A stretch of DNA of 64,000 nucleotides from an uncultured Acidimicrobiaceae bacterium (GTDB lineage: Bacteria; Actinomycetota; Acidimicrobiia; Acidimicrobiales; Palsa-688), in NCBI GenBank assembly GCA_963834735.1, contig CAWICT010000014.1:14962-78961 (forward strand). The letters are read 5' to 3'. How positions within the stretch are numbered: position 1 is the stretch's first letter; every line of letters starts with the position of its first letter. Below, in pieces: positions 48,276 through 58,402 of this stretch. The notes under the pieces were generated by a model. The model was not told the origin of the DNA. It searched no databases and saw only the letters and a program-made list of their open reading frames with translations. Both the position numbers and the translations under genes were made by a program.

Positions 48276-49177
48276 TTGACGAACCCCAGCACAGTTGGGG
48301 GCCCGGGGCCTGGCTTCCGCTCCGGGATCGTGGCTATCGCGGGCAGGGCCAACGTCGGGAAGTCGACGCTTGTCAACATGATGGTGGGGCAAAAAGTCTC
48401 GATCGTTTCAGACAAACCGCAAACGACGAGGAACGCTGTCCGCGGGGTCCTCAGCCTCGACGAGGGCCAGCTGGTCTTCGTGGACACGCCGGGGTTGCAC
48501 AAGCCGCGGACTCTTCTCGGCCGCCAGCTCAACCGCACCGCGCTGGGAGCTGTCACCGGGGTGGACGTGGTCGTTTTCGTCGTCGATGGCAAGGCCGGCG
48601 TGGGCCGAGGGGACCGTTTTGTGGCTGACGAGGTCGGGACACGCGATATCTGCGTGCTCAACAAAGTGGACGGTGTTTCGAGGGTAGCTGTGATGCGACA
48701 GCTGCGCGAACTGGGGGAGTGGGGTTTCGAGGAGTACTTCGCTGTTTCTCGCGCGAACGGGTGCAGGCGTTGACGATCTCGTCAACGCCCTGGTGAGCCG
48801 GGTGCCCGAAGGTCCTGCGCTCTACCCCGACGACATTGCCGGGGACAAGGCCGCCGGGACAGCCGGGGAGGCACACGAACAGGAGTGGGTCGCCGAGCTT
48901 GTGCGTGAGCAGCTGCTAGCCATCACCCACGATGAATTGCCGTACAGCATCGCCTGCCGTGTGACCGAGTGGGAGTGGCCTTACGTGCGCTGCGAGAATC
49001 CTGGTCGAGAGGGACTCCCAAAAGGGGATCGTCATCGGCCAAGGCGGGGAGGTGCTCAAGCGGGTCGGGTCCGCGGTGCGCGCCCAGCTGCCGCCGGGTG
49101 CCTACATCGACTTGTCGGTGCGCGTGGCCCGTGACTGGCAACAGCGGCCGGAGATGTTGAAACAGCTCGGCCTGTGA
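48276..49177 (+). CDS. era: GTPase Era (two frame disruptions, near 48750 and 48997)
   Basis: G1 in IAGRANVGKSTL, G3 DTPG and NKVD. After ...YFAVS the reading continues as ARTGAGVDDLVNALVSRVPEGPALYPDD...LPYSIACRV...YVRCE. It then reads ILVERDSQKGIVIGQGGEVLKRVG... (KH domain) to TGA 49175-49177. Confidence 0.85.
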
Positions 49178-49178
49178 A

Positions 49179-49834
49179 ATGAGCGCTTCGAGCCGCGCTT
49201 ACATCGAAACGGGCAACAAGCGGGCCTTCGCCTGCAGCCTGGAGTGGCCGGGCCTGTCTCGTTCGGGAAAGACCGAGGAAGCGGCGCTAGCCGCCCTCGG
49301 TTCGTATGTGCAGCGGTACTCGCCGGTAGCCGCCCGGGCCGCGATCGACTTCGATCTATCGGAGGACGAACAATGGCTTGTCGTCGAACGCGTCCCGACC
49401 CGCTCAGGAGGAGCTGACTTCGGGGTGCCGACGACGGTGCTCGCATCGGACTATGGCGACCTTGGCGCCGACGAAGCTCCAGGACGGCGGCTTTGCTGTC
49501 CGCTAGCTGGGAGTTCCTCGACGCGGTCGCGGCGGAGGCATCGCCGGAGCTGCGCAAGGGGCCCAGAGGTGGCGGCCGGGACAGGGACGCAGTCGTGAGC
49601 CACGTTGCGGCAGCCGAGCAGATGTTCGGGCGGAAGGTGGGGTTCAAGCTACCCGTGCCGGCTCCCGGCGAGCGCGACGTCGTCGTCGCCAACAGGGCGG
49701 CGATCTTGGAATGGTGCCGGTCCGGGAAAGCCCGTCCCGAGGCCCGCGACTCGTGGCCACCGCGTTACGCCGCGAGGCGGCTCATTTGGCATGTGCTCGA
49801 CCACGCCTGGGAGATCGAGGACCGGCGTCAATGA
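49179..49834 (+). CDS. hypothetical protein, HicB-like N-terminal fold plus DinB-like C-terminal region (frame disruption(s) near 49470)
   Basis: N-terminal part: AFACSLEWPGLSRSGKTEEAALAAL. The C-terminal part is in another frame: LLSASWEFLD...GGGRDRDAVVSHVAAAEQMF...LIWHVLDHAWEIEDR. Confidence 0.45.
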
Positions 49835-49960
49835 CCCTGCGGTCGCCGTTTAGGGCTCTGCGGTCGGCGTCTAGGGCTCTGCGGTCGGCGTGTATGGCTC
49901 TGTGGTCAGCGCCTATGGCCCCCAGCCGTGCGTCCATGGCTCTGCGCTCGCCGGGGAAGT
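49835..49960. repeat. 21-bp tandem array, 6 degenerate units (CTCTGCGGTCGGCGTCTAGGG-like), coincident with a 43-codon ORF (49831-49962)
   Basis: Units at 49835, 49856, 49877, 49898, 49919 and 49940. They lie between the stop of the upstream gene and uppS. Confidence 0.9.
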
Positions 49961-49972
49961 AGCTTTTCCTGC

Positions 49973-50722
49973 ATGGACCTGGACGACCTCGACCCCAAGC
50001 GCATGCCCCGCCATGTGGCATGCGTGATGGACGGGAACGGTCGTTGGGCCGCAAAACAGGGCCTGCCCCGCACCGAAGGGCACCGCGCGGGAGAGGAAGC
50101 GCTGCTGGACGCCGTCAAGGGTGCCCTCGAGCTCAGGATCGAGTGGTTCACCGTGTACGCCTTTTCGACGGAGAACTGGCGTCGCCCCCAAGACGAGGTG
50201 CGCTTCCTGCTGAGCGTCATCGCTGACGACTTGCTGACCCGTCGGCGCGATGAGCTGCACAGCTTGGGAGTGCGGATACGTTTTGCCGGCCGGCGCGACT
50301 GGCGCGTCCCCAAGTCCATCGTCCGGCGCATGGACGAGACGACGGAGCTGACCAGGCACAACACGAACACCACGCTGACCGTGGCGTTCAACTACGGGGG
50401 GCGAGCCGAGATAGTGGACGCCGTGCGGGAGCTGGTCGCTCTCGGTGTGAAGGCTTCCAAGGTCGACGAGCGTGCGATAAGGAAGCACTTCTACCTTCCG
50501 GACATGCCGGACCCCGACCTGTTCATAAGGACCTCGGGGGAGTACCGGATCTCGAACTTCCTCCTGTGGGAGATCGCGTACAGCGAGCTCGTGTTCCTGG
50601 ACGTCCTGTGGCCCGATTTCCGCCGGGAGCACCTTCGCGAGGCGGTGCGGGAGTACCAGCAGCGGGAGCGCCGTTTCGGGCGCACCGGCGAGCAACGGGA
50701 CCAGGACGGCTTGCCCGCCTGA
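49973..50722 (+). CDS. uppS: isoprenyl transferase (undecaprenyl/decaprenyl diphosphate synthase family)
   Basis: HVACVMDGNGRWA, FSTENWRRP and RTSGEYRISNFLLWE are present. ATG 49973 is preferred over the ORF-track start at 49928. Confidence 0.88.
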   Translation: MDLDDLDPKRMPRHVACVMDGNGRWAAKQGLPRTEGHRAGEEALLDAVKGALELRIEWFTVYAFSTENWRRPQDEVRFLLSVIADDLLTRRRDELHSLGVRIRFAGRRDWRVPKSIVRRMDETTELTRHNTNTTLTVAFNYGGRAEIVDAVRELVALGVKASKVDERAIRKHFYLPDMPDPDLFIRTSGEYRISNFLLWEIAYSELVFLDVLWPDFRREHLREAVREYQQRERRFGRTGEQRDQDGLPA

Positions 50723-50771
50723 TCGTTACCCCTCACGGAGCGAGTGCCGGCGTGGGAAGATAATTACAACC

Positions 50772-51497
50772 ATGTCGCTCTACCGTGACCGAGGCGTAGT
50801 CCTGCGGACCTACAAGCTCGGTGAAGCAGACCGGGTACTGGTCCTCGTCACGGCCGGCCACGGCAAAGTGCGGGCGGTCGTCAAGGGGATCCGCCGCACC
50901 AAGAGCCGCATCGGCGGGCGGCTCGAACCGCTCAGCCACGTCGACCTGCTGATGTACGAGGGCCGCGAGCTTGACATCGTGAACCAGGCCGAGACGATCG
51001 AGCCGTGGCGCTTGCTCCACGAGGACCTCACCTGCCTCGCACAGGGCCTGGCCATGGCCGAGGCCACCGAGCAGGTCGCCCAGGAGCGGGAGCCATCGAG
51101 TGCCCTGTACCGCATGCTGGTCGGGGCGTTGCGCACTTTGGCCAGCCAACCCGGGCCGCTTGTGGTGGCCTCGTTCTACTGGAAGTTACTGTCGCTCGAC
51201 GGTGCCGGCCCGATAATCGACTGCTGCGCGAGCTGTGGTTCGAGCCCGCCGGCAACGCCCCTCGTGGCTTTCGACATCGCCGAGGGAGGCGCGCTCTGCC
51301 GGGACTGCCGGCGAGGCCACCCGCTCAGCCCGTCGGCGCTGGAACTGCTGAGCTGGATCCTCGGTGGGCAATTGACCAGGGCGCTCCAAATGCCTGCGAG
51401 CGCCACAACAGGCGAGGTTGCCAGCCTTGCGACCGCATCGCTCGAACGTCATCTCGAAAGGAACCTGCGCGCCCTTCACATCCTGGAGCGCAGCTAG
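50772..51497 (+). CDS. recO: DNA repair protein RecO
   Basis: RDRGVVLRTYKLGEADRVLVLVTAGHGKVRAVVKGIRR, plus a zinc-finger-like CCASCG...CRDC. Confidence 0.88.
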   Translation: MSLYRDRGVVLRTYKLGEADRVLVLVTAGHGKVRAVVKGIRRTKSRIGGRLEPLSHVDLLMYEGRELDIVNQAETIEPWRLLHEDLTCLAQGLAMAEATEQVAQEREPSSALYRMLVGALRTLASQPGPLVVASFYWKLLSLDGAGPIIDCCASCGSSPPATPLVAFDIAEGGALCRDCRRGHPLSPSALELLSWILGGQLTRALQMPASATTGEVASLATASLERHLERNLRALHILERS

Positions 51498-51513
51498 TAC
51501 TGCAGCGGCAACA

Positions 51514-51556
51514 CCCGGCCATATGGACCCGGCCATATCGAGCCGGCCATATCGAG
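51514..51556. repeat. 14-15-bp tandem repeat x3 (CCCGGCCATATGGA / CCCGGCCATATCGAG / CCGGCCATATCGAG)
   Basis: It lies in the recO-glyQS intergenic region. The first unit contains the 8-bp palindrome CCATATGG. Confidence 0.9.
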
Positions 51557-51591
51557 CCCGCCGTTGGCGACGGGCCCACTAGCCTTCCCAC

Positions 51592-52908
51592 ATGCCTGTT
51601 TCCATGGAAGAACTGGTCCGTCTGTGCAAGGCGCGGGGATTCGTGTTCCCGTCCGCCGAAATTTATGGCGGGTTCCGCTCGACCTATGACTACGGCCCCC
51701 TCGGGGTCTTGTTGGCGCGCAACGTGAAAGAGGCGTGGTGGCGTTCGATGGTCCAGCTGCGCTCGGAAGTCGTCGGGCTGGACCGCGTCCATCCTGTCGA
51801 GCCCGAAGATCTGGGAAGCCTCTGGCCACCTCAAGAATTTCACCGACCCGCTTGTCGACTGCCGCACCTGCAAGCAGCGCTGGCGAGCGGACCAGCTCCC
51901 GACGACAGACGACGGCAAGCTCAAATGTCCCAACTGCGGGGGCACGGATTTCACCGACGCCAGGCCCTTCAACCTCATGTTCAAGACCTTTGTTGGCCCG
52001 GTCGAGGACGAGGGGGCGGTGGCCTACTTGCGCCCGGAAACTGCGCAGGGCCATTTCGTCAATTTTGCAAATGTCCTGCAGACCGAGCACCTGAAGCCTC
52101 CTTTTGGCACGGCTCAGGTCGGCAAGTCGTTCCGCAACGAGATCACTCCCGGCAACTTCGTTTTCCGGACGAGGGAGTTCGAGCAGATGGAGCTCGAGTA
52201 CTACGTCCCACCCGACGACGCCCAGCGATGGTTCGAGTACTGGTGCAACGAGCGTTACGAGTGGTACGTGCGCCTCGGCATACCCGCGAGATGCTGCGCC
52301 TTCGCCACCACAGCAAAGAGGAACTGTCGCATTATTCGGCGGGGACGGCCGATGTCGAGTTCGCCTTCCCCTGGGGCTGGGGAGAGCTCGAGGGCATTGC
52401 CAACCGGACTGATTTCGACCTGAAGGCCCATTCGGCAGCGAGTGGCCAGGTGCTCGAGTATTTCGACTCCGCCACCGGCGAGCGCTACGTGCCTTATGTG
52501 ATCGAGCCTGCCGCCGGCGTCGCCCGCACGATGATGGCCTTCCTGCTCGCTGCGTACACCATTGACGAGGTTGCCGGCGAAGAGCGGACGCTGCTGCGCC
52601 TCCACCCGCGAATTGCTCCGTACCAGGTCGCCGTCCTGCCCCTGTCGAAAAAAGACACCCTCTTGCCGCTTTCCCAGGAGGTCCTGCAACTCCTCCAACC
52701 AGTGGCGATGTGCGATTACGACATTACGCGGGCCATTGGCCGGCGCTACCGGCGCCAGGACGAGATCGGCACCCCTCTGTGCGTGACGGTCGATTTCGAG
52801 TCCCTGGAGGACAAAGCGGTCACGGTGCGCGACCGTGACTCGACCACCCAGGAGCGGGTACCGATCGACCGTCTCGTGGAGACGGTCACCGCACGCCTCG
52901 CCTGGTGA
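51592..52908 (+). CDS. glyQS: glycine--tRNA ligase, class II dimeric type (two compensating frame disruptions near 51786 and 52283)
   Basis: The N-terminus reads LCKARGFVFPSAEIYGG...VVGLD. The middle is in another frame (SILSSPKIWEASGHLKNFTDPLVDCRTCKQRW...RPETAQGHFVNF...FRNEITPGNFVFRTREFEQMELEYY). The reading then returns (REMLRLRHHSKEELSHYS...IEPAAGVAR...GRRYRRQDEIGTP). The second shift is at a C-run. Confidence 0.9.
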   Translation: MPVSMEELVRLCKARGFVFPSAEIYGGFRSTYDYGPLGVLLARNVKEAWWRSMVQLRSEVVGLDRVHPVEPEDLGSLWPPQEFHRPACRLPHLQAALASGPAPDDRRRQAQMSQLRGHGFHRRQALQPHVQDLCWPGRGRGGGGLLAPGNCAGPFRQFCKCPADRAPEASFWHGSGRQVVPQRDHSRQLRFPDEGVRADGARVLRPTRRRPAMVRVLVQRALRVVRAPRHTREMLRLRHHSKEELSHYSAGTADVEFAFPWGWGELEGIANRTDFDLKAHSAASGQVLEYFDSATGERYVPYVIEPAAGVARTMMAFLLAAYTIDEVAGEERTLLRLHPRIAPYQVAVLPLSKKDTLLPLSQEVLQLLQPVAMCDYDITRAIGRRYRRQDEIGTPLCVTVDFESLEDKAVTVRDRDSTTQERVPIDRLVETVTARLAW

Positions 52909-52952
52909 ACACCGCCGCTCTGGTTCCCCTCGGGCGGCCTTAGTCTTTCTTT

Positions 52953-54801
52953 GTGGGTATTGTCGCCGAAGACGTCGAACGGACCAGGTCCGCCACGGAC
53001 CTGGTTGCCCTGATCTCAGAGCACGTCGCTCTGCGCCGGGTCGGCACCCGCTGGGTCGGCCTGTGCCCGTTCCACTCGGAAAAGACGAGTTCGTTCTCGG
53101 TCAACGCCGAGCTCGGCCGGTATTACTGCTTCGGTTGCCAGGCGCACGGCGACGCCATCAGCTTCCTGCGTGAGACCGAGCACCTCGACTTCGTAACGGC
53201 GGTCGAAGCCCTGGCTTCGCGCGCCGGGGTAGCTCTCCGCTACGACACGGCCGAGCATTCCGGCCCGGCGGCCAAGCGTTCTGCGGCGCTCGGCGACGCC
53301 ATGGAGCGCGCCGTCGAGTGGTACCACCAGAGGCTTCTCGTCGCCAAGGACGCCGGGGGAGCCCGCAGGTACCTGCGCGACCGTGGCTACGGCAGCGACA
53401 CGGTCAAGCATTTTCGCCTCGGCTGGGCGCCCGCCGGATGGGACGTACTAGTCCGCGAAGCGGGGGTTAGCGCGGATCTGCTGGTCGAAGCGGGCCTCGC
53501 GTACCGCAACCAGTCGGGCCGCCTGAACGACTCATTCCGTGAGCGGGTACTTTTTCCCATCTTCGACATCGCGGGCCGGCCCGTCGGGTTGGGTGGGCGT
53601 GTGCTGCCCGGGGGCAATGGCCCCAAGTACAAGAACACCTCAGCGACCGCTCTTTACGACAAGAGCAGGGTGCTCTACGGCCTCAACTGGGCCAAAGGGG
53701 CAATTGTCGAGCGGGGCCGGGTCGTTGTCTGTGAGGGGTACACCGACGTGATCGGCCTGCACAACGCAGGGGTTACTGAGGCCGTTGCAACCTGCGGCAC
53801 GGCGCTCGCTGACGGCCATGTCCGGCTGTTGACCGGTTTCTCTCGCAGGATCGTGCTCGCCTACGACGCCGACTCCGCCGGCCAAGGCGCAGCGGAGCAT
53901 TTTTACGACTGGGAGCGCCGCTTCGAAGCTGGTATTTCCGTAGTGCCGCTCCCCCCTGGTGCCGACCCCGCCGACCTCGCCCAGAAAGACCCGGAGCGCC
54001 TGCGCCAAGCCGTCGCGGAGGCCAAGCCTTTCTTAGGTTTCCGCCTCGAGCGGCTATTCGCGACGGCCGACCTGACCAACCCCGAGGGACGAGCGCGCGC
54101 CGCCGAGGCCGGCCTGGCCCTGATATCCGAGCACCCCGATTCCCTTGTCAGGGACCAGTACCTCATGCAGGTTTCCGACCGGTGCCACCTCAGCCCCGAG
54201 CAGCTGCGCGCCCTGCCGCAGCGGGCGCGCGTCGAAAAACGGCGAGCGGCCCGCCCCCGCTGTTGTCCCGGCCGCCCCCAAGCCGAAGGCGCCGGCATTG
54301 CCGCGCCCCGAGGTGGAGGCTTTGCGACTGGCCGTCCATCACCCCGAGAAAATTGAGGGCCGTCTCGATATCGCCCTTTTCAGTTCCGCTCTTGCCGCGG
54401 CGGTCTACGGCGAACTTGCTTCAGCCATGACGCTCCACGAGGCGATCGAGTCGGCGGCGCCCGAAGTCGCCGACCTGCTCGGCCAGCTCGCCGTCGAGGA
54501 CACCCAGGAGGACGCCGACGACGTCCTCGGTCAGCTCATCGCCCAGGCTGCGGCCCGTGCCCTCGCGGAGCTGCGGCGAGAGGCCCGAAGCAGCACACCC
54601 GAGCGCAGCCACAGCGAACTAGCGGGACGCTCTGCGAGCCTGCGCCACGCCCTCGAAGCCATGCGCTCCGTCGACCCGGGCCCGGACTACGTAGCGCGCT
54701 TGGCCGGCGCGGAGCGTCACTTGCTAGCTTTGTTGCTGGGAAGTCCTAGCATGTCGGCGAGCCCTGCTGTCCAAAAAGGGGAGGCTACGGACCACCAGTG
54801 A
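52953..54801 (+). CDS. dnaG: DNA primase (frame disruption at the A5 run near 54237)
   Basis: Zinc finger in [30 protein letters not shown], and a Toprim domain ([19 protein letters not shown]). The C-terminal domain continues in another frame ([15 protein letters not shown]...) to TGA 54799-54801. Confidence 0.88.
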
Positions 54802-56171
54802 GAGCGCCGTTCACGGCCTCAGGCGAGGCCACGCCCGATTTCATTGCTCTGTTAATGGTTGGCCGAGAGCGCGGTTATCTAACCCCCGACGACGTTATCG
54901 CGGTGCTGGAAGGGGTCGAGCTGAGCCCGGAGCTGATCTCTCTCGTGATCGGGAGAGTGAGGGCCGAAGGCATCGAATGGCGGGAGGCGGGAGAGCTGCT
55001 TTCTGACGAAGGCCTGCACACGCTCGCCTCCGAGGTGGTTGCCGTGGCCAAGGCGGAGCGCCCACCCGAGAAAGTCCCGGCCCAGGAGGCCGATCTCGGG
55101 CAGAGCGAGCCGGCCCCTCAGAGCGTCTACGGGTTGTTGCAAAAGAAAGCCCGCGACCCTTTCCGTAGCGGCAAGCGCGTAACAGTTGCCGGGCTGGAGC
55201 TCGACATCGGGGTTGCCAGCACGGGCAGTTCCGACTCGGTGCGCGCCTACCTGAAAGAGATCGGGAATGTCCGGCTTCTTTCAGCTGAGCAAGAGGTGGC
55301 CTTGGCGCAGTGCGTAGAGCGCGGTGCCGCCGCCGCCGCCCGCCTCGACGGGCTCGAAGAAATCGAGGCGGCATCGTCGCCGCGTGGCAGGAAGCAGCGG
55401 GTCGTCGACCAGCAACGCGCGGTCGACGAGGGCCTTCTGGCCGAGGGGATCGTGGCGAGGCATGTCCTTGTCGAGGCCAACCTGCGGCTAGTCGTTTCGG
55501 TGGCGAAGTGGTACCGCAACCGCGGGCTTTCGTTCCTCGACTTGATCCAGGAAGGCAACCTTGGGCTCATGCGGGCTGTCGAAAAGTTCGACTACACCAA
55601 GGGCTTCAAGTTTTCCACCTATGCCACCTGGTGGATCCGCCAGGCAATCAGTAGGGCTATTGCCGACCAGGCCAGGACCATCCGGATCCCCGTGCACATG
55701 GTCGACAACATCAATGCCGTTGTGCGGGCTCAGCGGAGCCTCCTGCAAGAGACCGGCCGCGAGCCGACAATCGACGAGGTGGCCAAGTGCGCCGAGATGA
55801 GCCCCGACCGTGTTCGGGAAATCCTCCGGATCAGCCAGGACACCATCTCGCTCGAGCAACCCTTGGGCGAAGACGATTTCAACCTGTCCGACATCCTGGA
55901 GGACGAGGGGGCGTTGGCCCCGGGCGACGCAGCCGCCCGGGCGATGCTGGTTGAGGCGGTCCGCAGCGTGCTAGCCGACCTCTCCGAGCGGGAGCGGAAA
56001 GTGGTGTGCCTGCGCTTCGGCCTCGAGGACGGCCAAGCCCGCACCCTGGAGGAGGTCGGGAAGGCTTTCGGGGTGACGCGCGAACGCGTACGCCAGATCG
56101 AGTCCAAAAGCCTTGCCAAGCTACGCCAGCCCGTCCGCAGCAGTCAACTGCGCGATTACCTCGGGAACTAG
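54798..56171 (+). CDS. rpoD: principal-type RNA polymerase sigma factor (RpoD/SigA family)
   Basis: Regions 1.2 to 4.2 are present: [11 protein letters not shown], the region 2 block [45 protein letters not shown], and region 4 in [23 protein letters not shown] 54798 overlaps the dnaG stop (GTGA). Confidence 0.9.
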   Translation: MRAPFTASGEATPDFIALLMVGRERGYLTPDDVIAVLEGVELSPELISLVIGRVRAEGIEWREAGELLSDEGLHTLASEVVAVAKAERPPEKVPAQEADLGQSEPAPQSVYGLLQKKARDPFRSGKRVTVAGLELDIGVASTGSSDSVRAYLKEIGNVRLLSAEQEVALAQCVERGAAAAARLDGLEEIEAASSPRGRKQRVVDQQRAVDEGLLAEGIVARHVLVEANLRLVVSVAKWYRNRGLSFLDLIQEGNLGLMRAVEKFDYTKGFKFSTYATWWIRQAISRAIADQARTIRIPVHMVDNINAVVRAQRSLLQETGREPTIDEVAKCAEMSPDRVREILRISQDTISLEQPLGEDDFNLSDILEDEGALAPGDAAARAMLVEAVRSVLADLSERERKVVCLRFGLEDGQARTLEEVGKAFGVTRERVRQIESKSLAKLRQPVRSSQLRDYLGN

Positions 56172-56225
56172 CCGTTCCCAATGCGCCGCCGCCGGGGGCC
56201 TCGGGTGGTAGCGTGGCCCGAGTTT

Positions 56226-56299
56226 TCCGGGGTAGCTCAATCCGGCAGAGCGGGTGACTGTTAATCACTAGGTTGAGAGTTCGAGTCTCTCCCCCGGAG
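56226..56299 (+). tRNA. tRNA-Asn (anticodon GTT)
   Basis: Hand-folded cloverleaf with acceptor TCCGGGG/CCCCGGA, D stem GCTC/GAGC and anticodon loop CTGTTAA. The T arm is GAGAG-TTCGAGT-CTCTC and the discriminator is G. No encoded CCA. Confidence 0.9.
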
Positions 56300-56439
56300 C
56301 CCTGCGGTGCGGGCAGGTCAGATCGTTGAAAATGGCTCTGACCTGCGGTAACACATGAGGAGGAGAGACCGGTGTACTTCACGTCAGGGCCTCGTGCCAG
56401 TGCCCCGCGCCAGTCTCAGAGCCGGCGGCCCAGAGGCCA

Positions 56440-58389
56440 GTGGCCGAGGCGCCGCAGGCTCTGTTTGCGGTCCCCGGGATCTCGGCGATCTCGCTACTAG
56501 CCCTGGCGCTGCCGGTCGCTGTTGGCGGTACCGCGCTGGCCGCCACCACCGGGGGGGTAACCATTTCTTGCACCAACACCGACTCCATCCTGGGCCCCCT
56601 GCAGTCCTCGGCGACCCTGGCGGCAGGGACGAGCGGGTTCCTCCAGCTTGGCGGGATAAATGGCGGCAAGGGCCAGTACGTAGGCAATTGCACGCTCAAC
56701 GGCATCATCCCGTCGGGGTGGAAAGTGGCCGAGGCCAGCTGGGTGGCATTGAGTGCTACCAGTGGGTCGGGCAACGCCGGGACTTTCACGTTGAGCACGG
56801 GCGACACCACTTTCGTTGACAGCGGGACCTTCACCAACTCCGGCACCTTCGAGGACGACTCGAGCGGCCTCACCCAGATGATCGAGGTCGGGGACTTTGT
56901 CAACACCGGGAGCGTGATCACCGCCGGGGGAAGCTTCGGGACCGCCGGTGCGGCTTACAACCCGCCCTGCCCCAAGTGCAGGTTCGTCGACAAGGGGACC
57001 GTCCTGGTCGACCCCAAGCAGGGCTTTTCCTCGGGGAGCATCTTCGTGCTGGCGAAAGGAGGCACGATCAAGGCTCAGGGCGGCTTCGGTATCGCGAACG
57101 AGTCGACTTTTGAGGTAGAGGGCGGCTCGGTTGCTGCGGGCGTGCCCACATCGACCCAGTTCCTGGGCCTGTCCGAGCCCACCATCGACTTCGGCACCCA
57201 TCTGCCCTCGGTATCCAAGGGGACCATCGATATCACCAGCTCCGCCGACCTGCGGGGGGTTATCCCCAAGCACTGGGCGTTGGACGTCAGCGGTGGGTCG
57301 GTGGCGGCAAGCAACTCCGGCAACAACGGGAAGTTCTTGTGGGACCACGACGACAATTCGACGTTCACGGACGCCACGACGTTTGTAAATTCGGGGACGT
57401 TCACCGATACCACTACTGGATGGTCGCAGCAGATCGAAGTCCCCCGCTTCGTGAACACGGGCACGGTTATCTCGGACGCGCCCGGCTTCGGTATGAGCGG
57501 AGCTACGGGCATGGCCGGCCCAGTGTTCGTGAATGACGGGGATCTCGTTATCGAACCTAAGGCATCGTTCGGCGCCGCCGGTACCTTCGACCTGGCCTCG
57601 GGTGCCGTCGTCAACCATGGAGGTTTCGGGATTGATAAGAGCGTCCTGCAAGTGAGCGGTGGCTCGCTCGTGGGTAACCCCGCCACTGACGTCTACTACC
57701 TCGGTGCCGGGCCGGCGACGGTTACCTTTGAGCCCTCGACATCGGCGAGCTCGGTCGGCCACCTGGAATTCGGTATTGGGCTGACGGTGAACGGGGTCAT
57801 CCCCAAAAAATGGGTGCTCGATAACGTAGGTGGGCCAGGGGCCGCCTTGACTGCGAACCACTCGGGTAACAAAGGCACCATTATCTGGGACGCAAATGCC
57901 GCGCTCACCGCAGCGGGGCCGTTTGTCAATTCGGGGACGTTGAACGTGACCGGCGGCAGCTTCGAACTGGCAGCGCCGGACGTCGTCAATGCGGCGGGCG
58001 GCAAGATACTGGTCAACGACGACAGCGGCATCTCTGCTTCAGGGAACTTCCACAACTATGGGTCTTTCGAACTTGGGGCTGGCAACAGGGCCTCCGTCTC
58101 CGGGAACTACTCGCAAGCATCGGGTGGGAGCTTCGTCGTGGATGCGGGAGGGGACAATTTCAGCGTCGGGTCTTTGTCGGTCGGCGGCACCGCCTCGCTT
58201 GGCGGCGCCCTGATCGTCAACAAGTTGGCCGGCCTCAAGGTAGCCGCGGGCAGTTCCGCCTCGCTCGTCACCGCTCACGCCCTGTCCGGTAGGTTCAAAC
58301 CGGTCTCCGGCCTGTCAAGCGGCCACCCTGTTCTGCAGCTCAGTTACAGCTCGACTGCTGTGGTTCTCGCGCCGCCAAAGGCCGCGTGA
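56440..58389 (+). CDS. secreted protein of three tandem ~180-aa modules (beta-helix/autotransporter-passenger-like Gly/Asn/Thr repeats); no recognised family
   Basis: Signal-like N-terminus ISAISLLALALPVAVGGTALA. Module anchors recur at residues 87, 272 and 451 (NGIIPSGW, RGVIPKHW, NGVIPKKW), each followed by SGN.G, F[VT]NSGTF and FVNTG[ST]VI. GTG 56372, behind a strong AGGAGGAG SD but in another frame, may be the true start. Confidence 0.7.
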   Translation: MAEAPQALFAVPGISAISLLALALPVAVGGTALAATTGGVTISCTNTDSILGPLQSSATLAAGTSGFLQLGGINGGKGQYVGNCTLNGIIPSGWKVAEASWVALSATSGSGNAGTFTLSTGDTTFVDSGTFTNSGTFEDDSSGLTQMIEVGDFVNTGSVITAGGSFGTAGAAYNPPCPKCRFVDKGTVLVDPKQGFSSGSIFVLAKGGTIKAQGGFGIANESTFEVEGGSVAAGVPTSTQFLGLSEPTIDFGTHLPSVSKGTIDITSSADLRGVIPKHWALDVSGGSVAASNSGNNGKFLWDHDDNSTFTDATTFVNSGTFTDTTTGWSQQIEVPRFVNTGTVISDAPGFGMSGATGMAGPVFVNDGDLVIEPKASFGAAGTFDLASGAVVNHGGFGIDKSVLQVSGGSLVGNPATDVYYLGAGPATVTFEPSTSASSVGHLEFGIGLTVNGVIPKKWVLDNVGGPGAALTANHSGNKGTIIWDANAALTAAGPFVNSGTLNVTGGSFELAAPDVVNAAGGKILVNDDSGISASGNFHNYGSFELGAGNRASVSGNYSQASGGSFVVDAGGDNFSVGSLSVGGTASLGGALIVNKLAGLKVAAGSSASLVTAHALSGRFKPVSGLSSGHPVLQLSYSSTAVVLAPPKAA

Positions 58390-58402
58390 AGCGCTAAAGC
58401 TG

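Noticed and set aside
51498-51591. T-box riboswitch upstream of glyQS.
   Set aside because: The region is only about 94 nt. I could see no specifier-loop architecture, no conserved T-box sequence and no terminator/antiterminator pair.
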